A DNA stretch of 64,000 nucleotides from Balanoglossus misakiensis. Lineage: Eukaryota > Animalia > Hemichordata. A model generated the notes under the pieces. The model searched no databases and had not been told where the DNA came from. It worked only from the letters and a program-made list of their open reading frames with translations. Each line of letters begins with the position of its first letter. Positions within the stretch are counted from its first letter, which is position 1. Location of the stretch: contig CM082586.2 in assembly GCA_040954595.2 (NCBI GenBank), positions 9,827,337 to 9,891,336 of the forward strand, read 5' to 3'. Shown one piece after another: positions 12,215 through 24,347 of the stretch. A program made the translations under genes and the position numbers.

Positions 12215-15200
12215 GATAAAATTCATACTTGTTTTTTTATAGAGAAGAACATTGTTAGACTTAAACTTTTTCTGCTTATAGTTTACAGCTGAGGTATTTT
12301 GTGTGTGTAAAGGTAAACAGTAGTTGCAATAAATGTCGTCGAGTGGTTTCAGTTGAATTCCATTTGTGTGGGGCAGTGGTGAACAGCAATAAACCATGCA
12401 AAGTGGCGCTGTTATCAATGCGGTTCCTTTAAAGTTGTCTGCTCTGTCATTTAAGTTTTCTGATCGTGTATGCAGGTCGGTGTCCAGTGGCGTTGACGGC
12501 CTGTCATTAAGAAATCTATGTTGAGTTTATTCAGTTCAAGACTGCATGAAGTCAGCTAATGTTACAATTATTAGTTTGTTTGTGGAAGTTGGAAATGATG
12601 CAACAAGGATTCTTGAATTTATTCGAGATTTTAAAAAGAAGATGGAGTGCTCTAAAGGGGCCATTGTTGCGACAATATTTTGCCAAACAGTTGTATGACG
12701 TGTAGCTCACGATAATTCCTGACTTTATCGTGATCTGGTTGAAAAAGTTTGTATGTTACTTGATTGTGGTGGAGTGTTTTTCTGCCGACTAAACAAACAT
12801 TCTGTGCTATATATTAAGTGTGTTGAGTGGTTTCCGCCAAAGTCTATACGCATAAAGCCAATAGATTAAACAGTATTTAGTCCTATAGTATTTAATCTTT
12901 AAGAGATGCCCCCCCCCCCCCCCCCGTTACGCTAATACATTCCAACACATATATGCACAAAAGAATGGACAATTTGCATTACAAAACAGCTGGTAAAATC
13001 CATACTTGTATTTTGTAGACAAGAAAAAACTTTAGACATAAAATTTATGTGCTGATAGATTACAGCGGGGGTATTTTGTGTGTGTAAAGGTTAATACTAG
13101 TTGCAATAAATGACGTCGAGTGGTTTCGGTTGAATTCCATTTGTGCAAGGCAGTGGTGGACAGCAATAAACCATGCAAGGTGACGCTGTTATCAATGCGG
13201 TTCCTTTAATGTTGTCTGCTCTGTCATACAGCGACTATTCTGACCGTGTATGCAGGTCGACGTCCAGTGGCTTTGACGGCGTGTCATTCAGAACTCGGCG
13301 GTAAGTGTAATAAGACAAAAGTTAGCTAATTTACCAATTATTGCTTTGTATGTAGGAATTAATGTTTTGAAATGATGCAACGAGTCTTGAATTTAATTGA
13401 CATTATAAAAAGATGATGTTGGCTGGCAAAAGTAAATTCTCAGTTAATATCCTGAACATCTAAAACAGTATTGCAATGAATGATCATTGTAATTTGTGGA
13501 CGTATTTGCTTCACATTGCAGTTCACATTGCATTGCGACACTTTGTGTTTACTTTGCAAAGTGGTTAGACGTACGTAGTTTTGGAAGCAAAGCGGACAAA
13601 ATACAGCTAGATACTAGATACTTGACTATTCTGACACGCGATTCTGTAGACAGTACAGTGTGTCCTCGATGCAATCTACTGTAGAACATATGTGTACTCA
13701 CAGTCATGAATCTACTTAACGTGTCAGGATTTACCGTTGTACTTGTTCGAGCACTGTCATCACTGCTCGACTGAGCTTATCAAGAAAGCCGAAACGGAGT
13801 AGCACACAACCCCAAATCAATAATGCAACATTCACGTAAGACAGCGATCTGCAGTAGAAATAGAATAGTACTGGACAAGTCATGGTTTAATTTATATGTG
13901 AACACATTTGTGAGACGTACATTCTGATTGGCTCCGTTTCGTCAACTCTTTAACTGGCCGATGAATAATTGAATAATTCTAAACATGAGAAATAAAACAC
14001 GGTCTCTTCTGGCAACGCAGAAACTGTACAGGGGGGAATAGTTTACGTCAATGTGTTGAATGCAAAACAGCTGTATGAATTCTAGCTCATGATAATCCTG
14101 ACGTTATCGCGATCTGGTTGAGAAGTGTTTCTATCCTGCTTGATTGTGTGTTTGAATGGCGGAGTATTTCTCTACCAACTAAAACATTCTGTGCTATAAA
14201 ATGTGTTGAGTGGTTTCGGTATGCCATAAAGCCAAAACAATAAACAGTATACATGTATTTAATCTTTAAGACCCTAAGTAAATTTCTTCTGATTACAAGC
14301 TGAATAGATTGTTTGTATGACAATCAATTTCAAAACGGATTCCACGGATCGGAATATCCACAATTCTCGATGTACATATAGTCCCAAACATCATAACTGA
14401 AAGGTCTAATTTATGAATACATTTTATAGTGGCCAGGTCACAAATATCCCCCATACTTCTTTACTTTGCACCACATAGAGAGCGCTGATAACAGCAATAA
14501 AATCAATATTGGCTGACAATTTTATGAATGCTGGTCTCGGTTTTAATAAATCCTAGTCGAAAAGGATTAATGCGAATGAACGGTGCTGATAAAGATGACA
14601 CAAGTAAAGGGTCTATGACATGCTTTAAAAAGTTTTCATTTTTCCACGTCAAAAGCTCACCTAGGGTACCTGTCTATGCATTGCTTATTGTGTCGGTTCC
14701 GAAAAATGTGCGCGAATGCCGGAATTTGCCCCCTTTTTTCATGCCTGTGATCAGGAAGCCACTTCGCACTCGAGCCAGGCGAAGGTATTTGCATATGGAC
14801 AAACAAGTACACTAGGTCCTAGTAGTCCTGTTTACAGTAAAGTGTAATTAGCGGTCCATGAGTAATTAAGTCCACAGTCAAAGACAAGCTATATAAACAG
14901 TGTTCAAAGCAAAGGAAGCCCTTGCCTCACATTACAGGCAGAGGATTTACAAAGGTGTGAAAGACTATTTGTCCACATCAAGATAAGTCTTCGGCTTAAC
15001 TTCGAAAAGCCGAAAAAAATCGACTGAGTTGGGTTAGGGGTACACGCCCACTCGCCACTTTTACTTGCCTGTTATCTAAGCACAGAGGGTGATACGCAAT
15101 GCCAGATAGTAACATACGTTAACTTCAAGACCCAAAGAGTGATTTTACGTGTGGTTGTATAGGGCTTATCATAGGCACTTTAACACTGGTACACGTGCAA

Positions 15201-17655
15201 TCTCACTGACTCCAAATATAATCAGATGAAGGTGTTGATGAAGGCCATTCTCCACGACAATAATAACTGCAAGCAATTGCTTATCTACGTTCGGATGAAA
15301 ATAAAAAAATGGATTAACATGTCTAAAACTGTTTGTAAATGTAGGTCTTATAATTTATGGATATTATATGTAAACTTAAGTTAACCTACTTCAAGTTGGC
15401 GTTTATCCGTCTCACGACCTAGTTAATGTTTAAGTTAATTTTTTTTCAATACACGCGCGGTTATCCAACGTGTGACAAAGAACAGAGAAGTCCCGGTCTC
15501 CCATGACGACATTTTATTTATAATTTTTTTGGTTACACGTATTTAACCTCTTTCGCTGATTTGTTGTAAACTAACTTTTTATGAGCAGCAGGTCCTAGCT
15601 TGAGATAAAACACCTGTTGAAATACATGCCTGTGTTATTTTGTATTCATTCTGGCAGTGCTTCTATAAACATGGCAGACCGGAGTCATGCAATATAAATG
15701 AATAATGACCTCTGACCCGACATGAGTTCCTTTAAAGTGACGCAGGTATGGCGCCAGCCTATCACAATATATGTGACAGCTGGGCTGACATAGCTATATA
15801 ATGTGCTGTAGACACCATTTCGTCTGACTGGGCCTGCAATTTATGCCAGTCCTGGCCCAATTTTCTAAAAAAATATACCCCTTGAAATACAATATTCTAC
15901 TCAATATGTCTTGATTTACTGTATACTTGTTCGAGCGTTGTCCTTTTGACAGTCACACCTGAGCGATTCCACTGAAGTCTCCGGATAATAAGCGGACACG
16001 AGCAAAAGGATTTACACACGGTCGATCCTCGACTCCTCGACTGGGATTTACACAAAGGCCGAAACAGAGCAGCGAATACCATCAATCACCAAACACTCAC
16101 GGAGGACAGCGATCTGCTGTAGAAAAAAAATAATACAAATCGGCAAGGCAAAGTAACGGTTAAAATTTGCATTTCGATACATTTATGAGACGCACGTTCT
16201 GATTGGTTCCATTTCGCCAGCGCTCGAATAGTCTAGGAGTTGTGATGTAACTAGCACCCCCTTGTAGTCAATCGTATAAACTGAACACTGGTGATTAAGC
16301 GTTAGATTATAGTGAAGGTGGGGCTAATTTGAAATTTTACCCATCCTTAAGTACACATGTATGTATATCATTTGTCCAATCCTACGAAAAATAGTCTGGG
16401 ATTGACTTAAGAGGGACACTAGTTACATCACAATTCCCAGGTTTTATTGGGCCAGTGGCATGTAGGGGCATGCATGACCCTAGACATAATTTTGAAAGCA
16501 AAGCGGACAAAATACGGCTAGATACTAAACTAGTATAATTAAGATCATGCGAAATAAATCACGGCCTCTTTTGGCAACTCAGAAATTGTTGCTCTTAAAG
16601 GGCCATGGTTGCGACAATATTTTGCCAAACAGCTGTAGCTCACGATAATTCCTGACTTTATCGCGATCTGGTTGAAAAATGTTTGTAGCTACTTGATTGT
16701 GGTGGAGTGTTTTTCTGCCGACTAAACAAACACCCTGTGCTATATATTAAGTGTGTTGAGTGGTTTCCGTCAAAGTCTATACGCGTAAAGCCAATAGAAC
16801 AAACAGTATTTAATCTTTAAGACACAAAGCTCAACAGACAGCATGTCAATAAACTTCAAACTAAACCATCGGAATATCAAGAACAATAGTTACAGAAACC
16901 TCATGAATGGAAGGACAAATTTATGACTTTTATAGTGTTCTTGTGTGGACAGGGATGTCATTTACTCTTCTTTACATAGTACATGAGTGAGTGTGAACGC
17001 GCTGATATGAACAACAATTCAATCGATGTTGGCTAATAGGAACAAGAGTCAAAGTTTAAATTTCAATTTATAAAGTATGAATGCAGTTGAGCGGTGCTGA
17101 TATCAATTACACACTGGACACTGGTACACATGGAGTCTCACTGACTCCAACATGTAATCAGATGCAGGTGAAGGCCATTCTCTGTTGATAAGAGCAATAC
17201 AATTTACCGACAGTTTTATGAAAACTGGTCAATGTTTGCCAACGGGTTTCTTATACTGAGTCTTATCAGTGCGTGTGTTGTGGGTCATGTGTCAATTGCC
17301 CTTGTTTAAATCCTCAAGAGCTGCCGCTTTTTGCACTATTTTCAGGATTTTACTTTCCAACTTTAGGTATACATAAACATCTTATTGATGCCATATTTCG
17401 GCTGGATGTTGCAATTTGAACAATTGATATATTAAATGGTGCCATGCCTGTTTAATCTGCCTCCATACAAAGAGTATACAACTATTGTGTTATGCAAGTA
17501 GTGTGCCTTGATGGTGCAAATTGTAATGGGTATATAGGGAGAATATTTAAAGTATTTTATTGTGAGAAATAATGTGGAATTTGGCAGCTCATGGGGCTTC
17601 AAATATGTTTCACTTTACAAATTCTAGATTGATAAGCCTCTTCAATTCCCCCCAC
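12215..17655 (+). repeat. Unit 3 of the tandem duplication
   Basis: Anchor modules at ~12218 and ~12994. Collinear with 1540-6650 at an offset of ~10.7 kb; for example the spurious ORFs 3406-3627 and 14087-14323 are near-identical. Similarity stops at ~17310 and resumes briefly at ~17598-17655 (acaaattctagattga). Confidence 0.85.
14608..15179. mobile_element. 572-bp non-autonomous TTAA-targeting DNA transposon (Kolobok-like)
   Basis: The empty site gatgacagaa-TTAA-cactggt is seen at ~3861-3881. Here the sequence is gatgacacaa-GTAA-[agggtctatgacatgc...gcttatcataggcact]-TTAA-cactggt. Imperfect ~16-bp TIRs start with AG. A TTAA TSD with purine-purine ends fits Kolobok better than piggyBac (CCY ends). 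Confidence 0.75.
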
Positions 17656-19169
17656 TGGCCCACTTAATTTCTTTTCACTCTGGCAGCAAACTTTTTTCCA
17701 GAAGTTTTTTTGCTGAAAGATTCTGACTGCTGATTAATAATTGATGTAACCTGGGTTACAGCAAACTATCAAAATACATAATTTATAATGTTTCCTCCAC
17801 TGACCACATCAACAAGTGTTGATAGGTATGAGTACCGGAATTTCTAATCTTGAAAATTGTTGATGTGTTTTAAAAGGCAAAAAGTAATAAACTGGCCAGT
17901 TTAGTCTTCTGATGGGTCAGTCCAGTGACTCATGAAACAACGTGGTAGAGATTATATCGCCTTGTTCTCTCATTTAAATTTGCACCATGACCCAAAATTT
18001 TTGGTCTAAATTTAAGATTTTATTTTTCAAGGTACAAGACTACCTTAATTCTTTCAACCCAATTTCCTTCTATAGAGGTCCAATTTTACTCTAGAAGACA
18101 ATTGATTGAAGCTAAACCATGGTGATGAAATGATTAAAAATATAAGTTTGAGATAAATCATTAAATGTCAGCACTTGCTTCAGCTTCATTCTACCTGAGA
18201 TTTTTGAGTTTATAGATTTAATTTGGATGGTCACTTGAATTATAATTGAGAAAAGCTCTACTACTTGTATATCTTATGAATTCTATCTTTTATTTTAATG
18301 TACAGTACATTGAAGGTCATTGACCACTTAAAATTGAGTGTATGAGAGTGGGTTCATTTTTATATAATATACTCTGATTTTCAATCTCTCATGCAACAAT
18401 TCCAAATTTAAAGACACAGTCGGCAAGAATGCCGTATTTGGCTATAATGCTACATGTTGGAAAATATGCCAATTTGCGAAGACGGGAAATACTAAATTTC
18501 TCAACACTAACAGGAAATCACCCACAACTGACAAACGAAACAAAATCCTCGATAGTAAATGTAGTCGTAGACGTGCAGTGATATTCACTCACAATCACAT
18601 GATTACAGACACTGCTGTATTTGACAGCACAGTACATGTATACGATATCTTATACTGCACTGGGCTGTCAACTTCGACGGGGCCTGTCGGTCAGTCACAT
18701 ACTGTCTGGCACAACATGCATTGACTGAAAGCCAACTAGGTCAAGGGTCCTTTATAATATTTGAATTCATTGCCTGTCTTGTGTGTACGTCATCACAATG
18801 TAATGCAGTGATCATTCTCCCCCACAGTCGCACGGGGGTTGGATTGTATATCACGGCGATCACCTATGACACAGAAAAGTGTCATAGGCTATCGCCGCGT
18901 AAACAAAACACTACACAACCCTCAGTCATGCGACTGTGTTCTCCCCAGACACTTTTGGCTGCACTCCTGGCATTGTCACACCGCCAGTGGCGAACTAGTG
19001 AAGCGAGAAGAGTCTGCAAAGCGAGACTATGTCCTATACTGAAGCTTGTGAAGTGGGAATAGGCCACTCCATTCCACTGCTCGTACTGTTATAAAACATA
19101 CATATTCAAATTGTTGCTTAATGTGCCACCTAGTTAAGTGATTTAAACAGAAATCTAGGAGTTCTGCAG

Positions 19170-19177
19170 TGACGTCA
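19170..19177. promoter_or_regulatory. Full palindromic CRE site (TGACGTCA) ~250 bp upstream of the ankyrin-gene ATG
   Basis: gtgacgtcac at 19169-19178. Its position is compatible with a proximal promoter. Function is not demonstrated. Confidence 0.4.
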
Positions 19178-19428
19178 CCACAGTATTGAAGTGTATATGC
19201 CACACTTTTATGGCGTTATGAACTTTGACCCAACTCTTGTCATTATTTTCCTTTGTAGTGTACTTCCTTATTTATCGGGGTTTTCCCCCAACTGTTTGCC
19301 AACATCACCTGACCAGGTAGGCGACGACGCCATTATAGAACATTTGCGAAGCTGACTTGTTCTTCTCTAAAGCGGTGCTACTGATCCAGATTCTTAAAGT
19401 ATTCCACCACAATGTCTACAACGTAACC

Positions 19429-19458
19429 ATGGCTTCTGGAGAGTATAAGGATCCAGAG
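19429..19458 (+). CDS. Ankyrin-repeat protein, candidate coding exon 1 (MASGEYKDPE)
   Basis: ATG in strong Kozak context (aaccATGG), 10 codons, then a consensus GAG/gtaagt donor at 19459. Phase 0 matches the next exon. Confidence 0.65.
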
Positions 19459-19886
19459 GTAAGTGAACCCTTAACTGTAGCAACCGACATTTCACACCAA
19501 AGGCAACGATGTCTGGCAGTGACGCGTACGACGGCTGTTTTTATGAGTGGTTTATATTTTGTTTGTTTTTTGGGGACTGAGGACTGTTGTTCAAAATTTC
19601 TCCCTTCAACCCCATGCACGTAAATTTAACGAGAAATTTTGGTCTCAAAACACATGACGGTTACGTTTAGACTTGTGGCTAGTCGGTGGCTAATAGGTGT
19701 TTTTTATTTTTCAACGGGTCAAGTGTCTGTTTGTATTGCTAGATAGTGCATTCATTAATAAACAATTACCAAGTTGACAAAAAAGTCACACTAATCACAA
19801 TGTTTTCCATTCACAAGTCCAAGTATCCATTGAACGATATTTTTCAAAAATGATTTTACCGGTTGAGCAAGTCCTAAGTAAACACA

Positions 19887-20060
19887 ATTTTATGAGCGAG
19901 TTCTAGCTTTAGATAAAACACCCATTGAAATCCATGTCTGTGTTAATTTGTAACCATTCCGGCAATATGTCTCTATATGGGGCAGTCAGATTGACGCCAT
20001 ATCAAATGATAACCTTTGACCCGAAATGAGTTCATTCAAGGTGACGCAGACATGGTGTTG
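19887..20060 (+). repeat. Diverged copy of a segment also present at ~4905-5080 and ~15577-15750
   Basis: Shared words ttttatgagc..., ctagctt.agat.aa.acac..ttgaaat.catg.ctgtgtta and tgacccga.atgagttc.ttcaaggtgacgcag. Confidence 0.75.
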
Positions 20061-20659
20061 GTCATAAGGGGTCGTGGATAATTATTAAATCCGCATGAGC
20101 TGACTCAATCTTCTCCGTATCCTTTGCCGACAGACGACACGACAGGTTGATGATACATTTTCGCATACCCTCGAGTAAGCTTTTAAAAATCGACCGACCG
20201 AACTTTGATAGTAAAATCACGAAAATAATGCATGACGTGAGGCATGTCAAATGCAACTATATCTCATTTAACCCAAACCCCTCGCTTAAGTTTGGAAGAA
20301 CAAAAGGAAATGAATATTTATCCCCTCGACGTTTTTACACTGACTCTCTCTCCAAGAACACATATTTGGTGTAACCCCAAAAGAAATGAAATTAAATCGG
20401 TACCCGTGTAAACATAAAGTTGTGATATCTACTGACTTATAAACAATATTTTCATCACAGAATGTTTGTTCCAAAACTCGTGACACTAATAGACCATAGT
20501 GAAGAAGTTGCTAATGAACGCTTTAATCCCAATTCAGCATAAGATTAAGGTACACCATGCACCAATTCTTTTATTTCTAATAAACAGTTGTCTACAAACC
20601 AAATTATTGAGGTACTAGCACATTTCAGTATGGTTTATTGTCTTCTGCCTGTATGTACA

Positions 20660-21061
20660 TAGCCCGGAGACACAGGCGTAGTAGGGGAAAAGGAACGCCC
20701 GGGGACAGTCTCTATTTACGCACCGAATTCTGTGCGCAGAACGACACGGCTGGTAAATCTTGTGTGTAAGCTAATTGGTCACTCAATGTAAACCAAATGA
20801 CATCATCGCATTCTAAATAAGGAAATAGAGGTGGAGTCATGTGTGAAATTCCCGCGACGGGATGTGGGAGTGGTTTACCAAGCTTTGTTAATTATATCAT
20901 CCAACCACTGGCGCCCGTCAACTTTTGATAGATCACTCGTTATCCATTCGTTACTAAGCGACCCTGATCGTTGCCAGGGCTACTATCTTTCAGCTCAGCA
21001 GGAAATTTCTCCACTGTCCCCGGGCGTTGTATTCTAGATCAACGCCTGTGTCTCCGGGCTA
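20660..21061. mobile_element. 402-bp MITE with perfect 20-bp TIRs and a 9-bp TSD
   Basis: TIR tagcccggagacacaggcgt / acgcctgtgtctccgggcta, flanked by gtatgtaca at 20651-20659 and 21062-21070. Confidence 0.92.
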
Positions 21062-21385
21062 GTATGTACAAGACGAGGGGGGTTATACACCAGCAAGTTC
21101 TTCATCTGTTCAAATTTACAAGTCAGACATTTTGTGCTCAGTAGTGCATTATGGGCCGGTTGTCGTTAACCTGGAATGTCGTTCATTGTTTTCGTTTTGT
21201 TGGAATTCCAGTATTTTGTGATAATAATTTCACCGATGAAATGGTTTCCTGTCAGCAATATCTGCACTATGTATTATTCGCGATCAAAACTCACAAAAAA
21301 TTACATTTTCCCCATGAAGGGATATTGTGCGCGTGCGTGAATTAACCACAACTCCAAAGAATAATGGCATATAAATCAAGAAATA

Positions 21386-21566
21386 GGGGAATGGTCAGTT
21401 TTTTCGGCCTGGGGGAGGTCACCCTGTTTTGGAATTGGGTGATGGGGGGGGGGGGGGGGGGAGGTCATCCACTTTTGCATGGTCAATGAAGGAGGGGAGC
21501 GGTCAGTAACTTTTTGATATCCACAAAATAGAATCCACTCAAGGCCGAAGAAACTGACCAGTTCCT
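21386..21566. mobile_element. ~180-bp G-rich MITE, PIF/Harbinger-like
   Basis: Imperfect ~27-bp TIR ggggaatggtcagttttttcggcct / aggccgaagaaactgaccagttcct with TA/TAA flanks. Internal gggggaggtca repeats and a long G run. The superfamily assignment is tentative. Confidence 0.7.
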
Positions 21567-22291
21567 AAGCGCATACGGTTAACTACTATAAAAATGAGAC
21601 ATTCTAACCGATAGAAATGAACTTGTCTACGTCAACCATAACTTTGTGGCTGATCACAACGGAAACAAGTGTTATCCGTTGGCCGTGTAGTGACAGCCGT
21701 GCTGTGACGTTCATTGCTGACCGTCGGTTGTTGATTCCATGTTCTGACCAACATGACGACATCCCAAATCTGTAGACTATAACAATAGAGTGGCTGAACA
21801 GTGAATTGACCATTACCTTGTTCACGTTTCTTTTATGACAATCATGCAAGCCCTATCAAACAGTCAAAAATGCTTCTTGGGAAGCACATCAGTGACCAGG
21901 TATACAAAGCTGTCGCACGACCCACACACTACTACAGCTACACAATAACTTGCTCACACAGTTTGGACAAACATTCACAGTGATACTCTCATTTCATTTC
22001 TTCACCGTTCTCTTGAGACCGTTGCCTTATCATGAGTCCATGGGCTCATCCGGGCATTTTCCAGTACATGTATCTATATTTTGGTGTAAGCCGTGTACGT
22101 TTATGTGTAATTAAAATACATTACCATATCATCGATGCAAATGGTTTACACAATGTGATGTAACAGTTTAGGTATTATTTCTTGGTGTTTGTGATTTTGT
22201 TTGTTCATAATCAAAGATCAAATACTGAAGAATTTTATTTTTAACGGAATATTTAAAAAATAACAATTGTATGTTTCACTGAATGTTATAG

Positions 22292-22390
22292 GATCTCATT
22301 AAAGCCGCTGAGAATGGTGATGTTGTAAGGATTCAATCGTTGATAGATGATGGCTATGATGTCAATGCAAAGGGTAAATACCGTGGCATG
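22292..22390 (+). CDS. Ankyrin-repeat protein, exon 2 (DLIKAAENGDVVRIQSLIDDGYDVNAKGKYRGM)
   Basis: 99-nt open exon between a ttatag acceptor and a gtaagt donor (22391). It matches the first-repeat ankyrin pattern L..AA..G......L+..G.DVN. Not in the supplied ORF track. Confidence 0.92.
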
Positions 22391-24248
22391 GTAAGTATTT
22401 GCACTGCCTTAATCAACATTTCACACGTACAACCAAGTCACACAGGTAACGAATCTGAAGCGGCAATCGTCTTGACCTTGACTTTATTGATGAACGCAAA
22501 CCTTTCCTGTGTTTGATATACCAGCTTAATGCATTTGAAATAGAAAACGTGTCAAAAAATAAAGCTTGTTTCCTCGTTTGTTTCTCTTTAATAGCAATTT
22601 GAACTTAGAAAAAAAATTGAAACCAAAACGAATAAGAACATAGTATCGACTAAAATGTCCACGTATCCGTATATTGTGATCAGTAACAGTCTGTGGCGAG
22701 GTTATTGACAAATCCAGATCGATGTTTGCAAATGTCATAAAAAATGAAAGTGTTTACAAATAATTGAAACCCAAAAAGCGACATAACGTAGAGATTAAAA
22801 ATCCCGCGTCGTAATTCAAAACGGAATTCAGGTGAATATGGTCATGGAAAAGAGTGCCGTTGGTTGCCCTTATAAACAAAAAGTGCGGATTTCCTTAGTC
22901 TGTGGTGTTTGTATTACAAGTGTGTTCTTTAGGCGTGATTTGAATCTTTGAGGTTGGTCAGCCGTTGAATGACTGTTGTATTTATTTGCTCTGGCTCTTC
23001 GATGGATATCTTTGCTGTATAAATTACTTGAGTGAATAAACACACATCATTGGAGATCAACATGTTACTGTTCCTCGGTGGACATAGAACAATGCCAGAG
23101 TAAGGACATAGTGCCTGTCTATGGGGAATACAGGGAGATTATCAGAGTCGTGACAAGGCCAGGTTGAAATGTTTCATTTGTGGACACCCAAAGAATATTT
23201 GGAATCTGTGTCATTGCAGGCTGGAGAGTTAGCATTTGGACGATATCTTTATTTGTGAAGGAAGCTATTGATTGCTTGTGCCCCATGCATTATGTGCCAT
23301 CGTGAGCTTAAAGACTGTCTCAGGTTGTCACAAAACTATCTGGTTAAATAGGATGTAGAGTTAGGCAGTGTCTTTACTATTGCTGATTCTTGGCTTTTCT
23401 GTTCGGAAAGGGACGGTCCACCCAAGAAAGGCCAAGACAGAGAACAGAACAGTCAAAATGATCACCAACGCCTAGCTCTAAATCTGATTTTAATCAAATT
23501 GGTCACATAAATTCAACAAGCAACTTTCTTGTGTTAATTAGAAGGGCGAATTCAATTTGTTTAGTGAACTCCACTTTCACACTTATTTGCGCGACCACAA
23601 TTTTCCTTTTATGTTTTTTGTTAAATTCAGTGAACCAGACATATGTTTTAGTTCCATTCAATGGATACTACAAACGCTTGTTTTTTTAAAGACAAATTTG
23701 AGAGAAACGTCCAGACTGGTTTAGACAGTTCTTTTTCTGATGTTTCCTAGCAATATTAAATAATTATAACATTGTTGTACCCTACGTACCAACGTTGGGT
23801 TCATAGCAGGCTATACCTAAATATAAACTTACATCAACAGAGAAACAGGGGATTGTGTGTGTCGGGTGTATCACGTCCGCCATGTTTATCTGTTAGAGTA
23901 CTTGGTGTGATTGAAAATTTGAATATATCCATGTAATTAATGAAATGATATTAAGACCTGTTGCACCTATGAGTGTGCATAAACATGTATAGTGCTCTAC
24001 ATTATATTAGAATTTTATAGTGTTGCACTTGTTAGAAAAATCTATAGGACACGTTATAAATGTTCTCTGAAACAATAGTGTTTTGGTCTGAAACAACTAT
24101 AGATGCTACACACATTTAACTCATAATATAAGTCAACACTTATAGTTATAAATCGATTCCAGTGAAATTATAGCAAAATCGCCTAACACGTCCAACATTG
24201 GAACATAGCTTGTGTTCATTTTAATTCCAATGAATTTGTCAATTTCAG

Positions 24249-24347
24249 TCTGAATCCACAGCATTGCATGTAGCAGCCAGGGAAAATAAACTGGAAGCGG
24301 CACAAGTGTTGATCGACCATGGAGCTGACGTCAATGCTAAGAATGAG
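24249..24347 (+). CDS. Ankyrin-repeat protein, exon 3 (SESTALHVAARENKLEAAQVLIDHGADVNAKNE)
   Basis: 99-nt exon between a tttcag acceptor and a gtaagt donor (24348). Canonical ankyrin repeat TALH.AA.......+L+..GADVN. Phase 0 on both sides. Confidence 0.95.

Noticed and set aside
535-16085. ORFs within the duplicated region as protein-coding genes
   Set aside because: Paralogous copies differ by frameshifts and stops, and no domain similarity is recognisable.
18020-18050. Possible TTAA-element ends (actaccttaa here; ttaaagacacag at ~18408; ttaaggtacacc at ~20546)
   Set aside because: No convincing partner inverted end could be identified by eye, so boundaries are unsupported.
18721-19067. Overlapping ORFs upstream of the ankyrin start
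   Set aside because: No recognisable domain or convincing splice signals. More likely promoter-proximal non-coding DNA.
22610-22815. Degenerate ~145-bp direct repeat in intron 2 (aattgaaacc at ~22616 and ~22762)
   Set aside because: Similarity is weak and AT-rich, and cannot be supported without alignment statistics.
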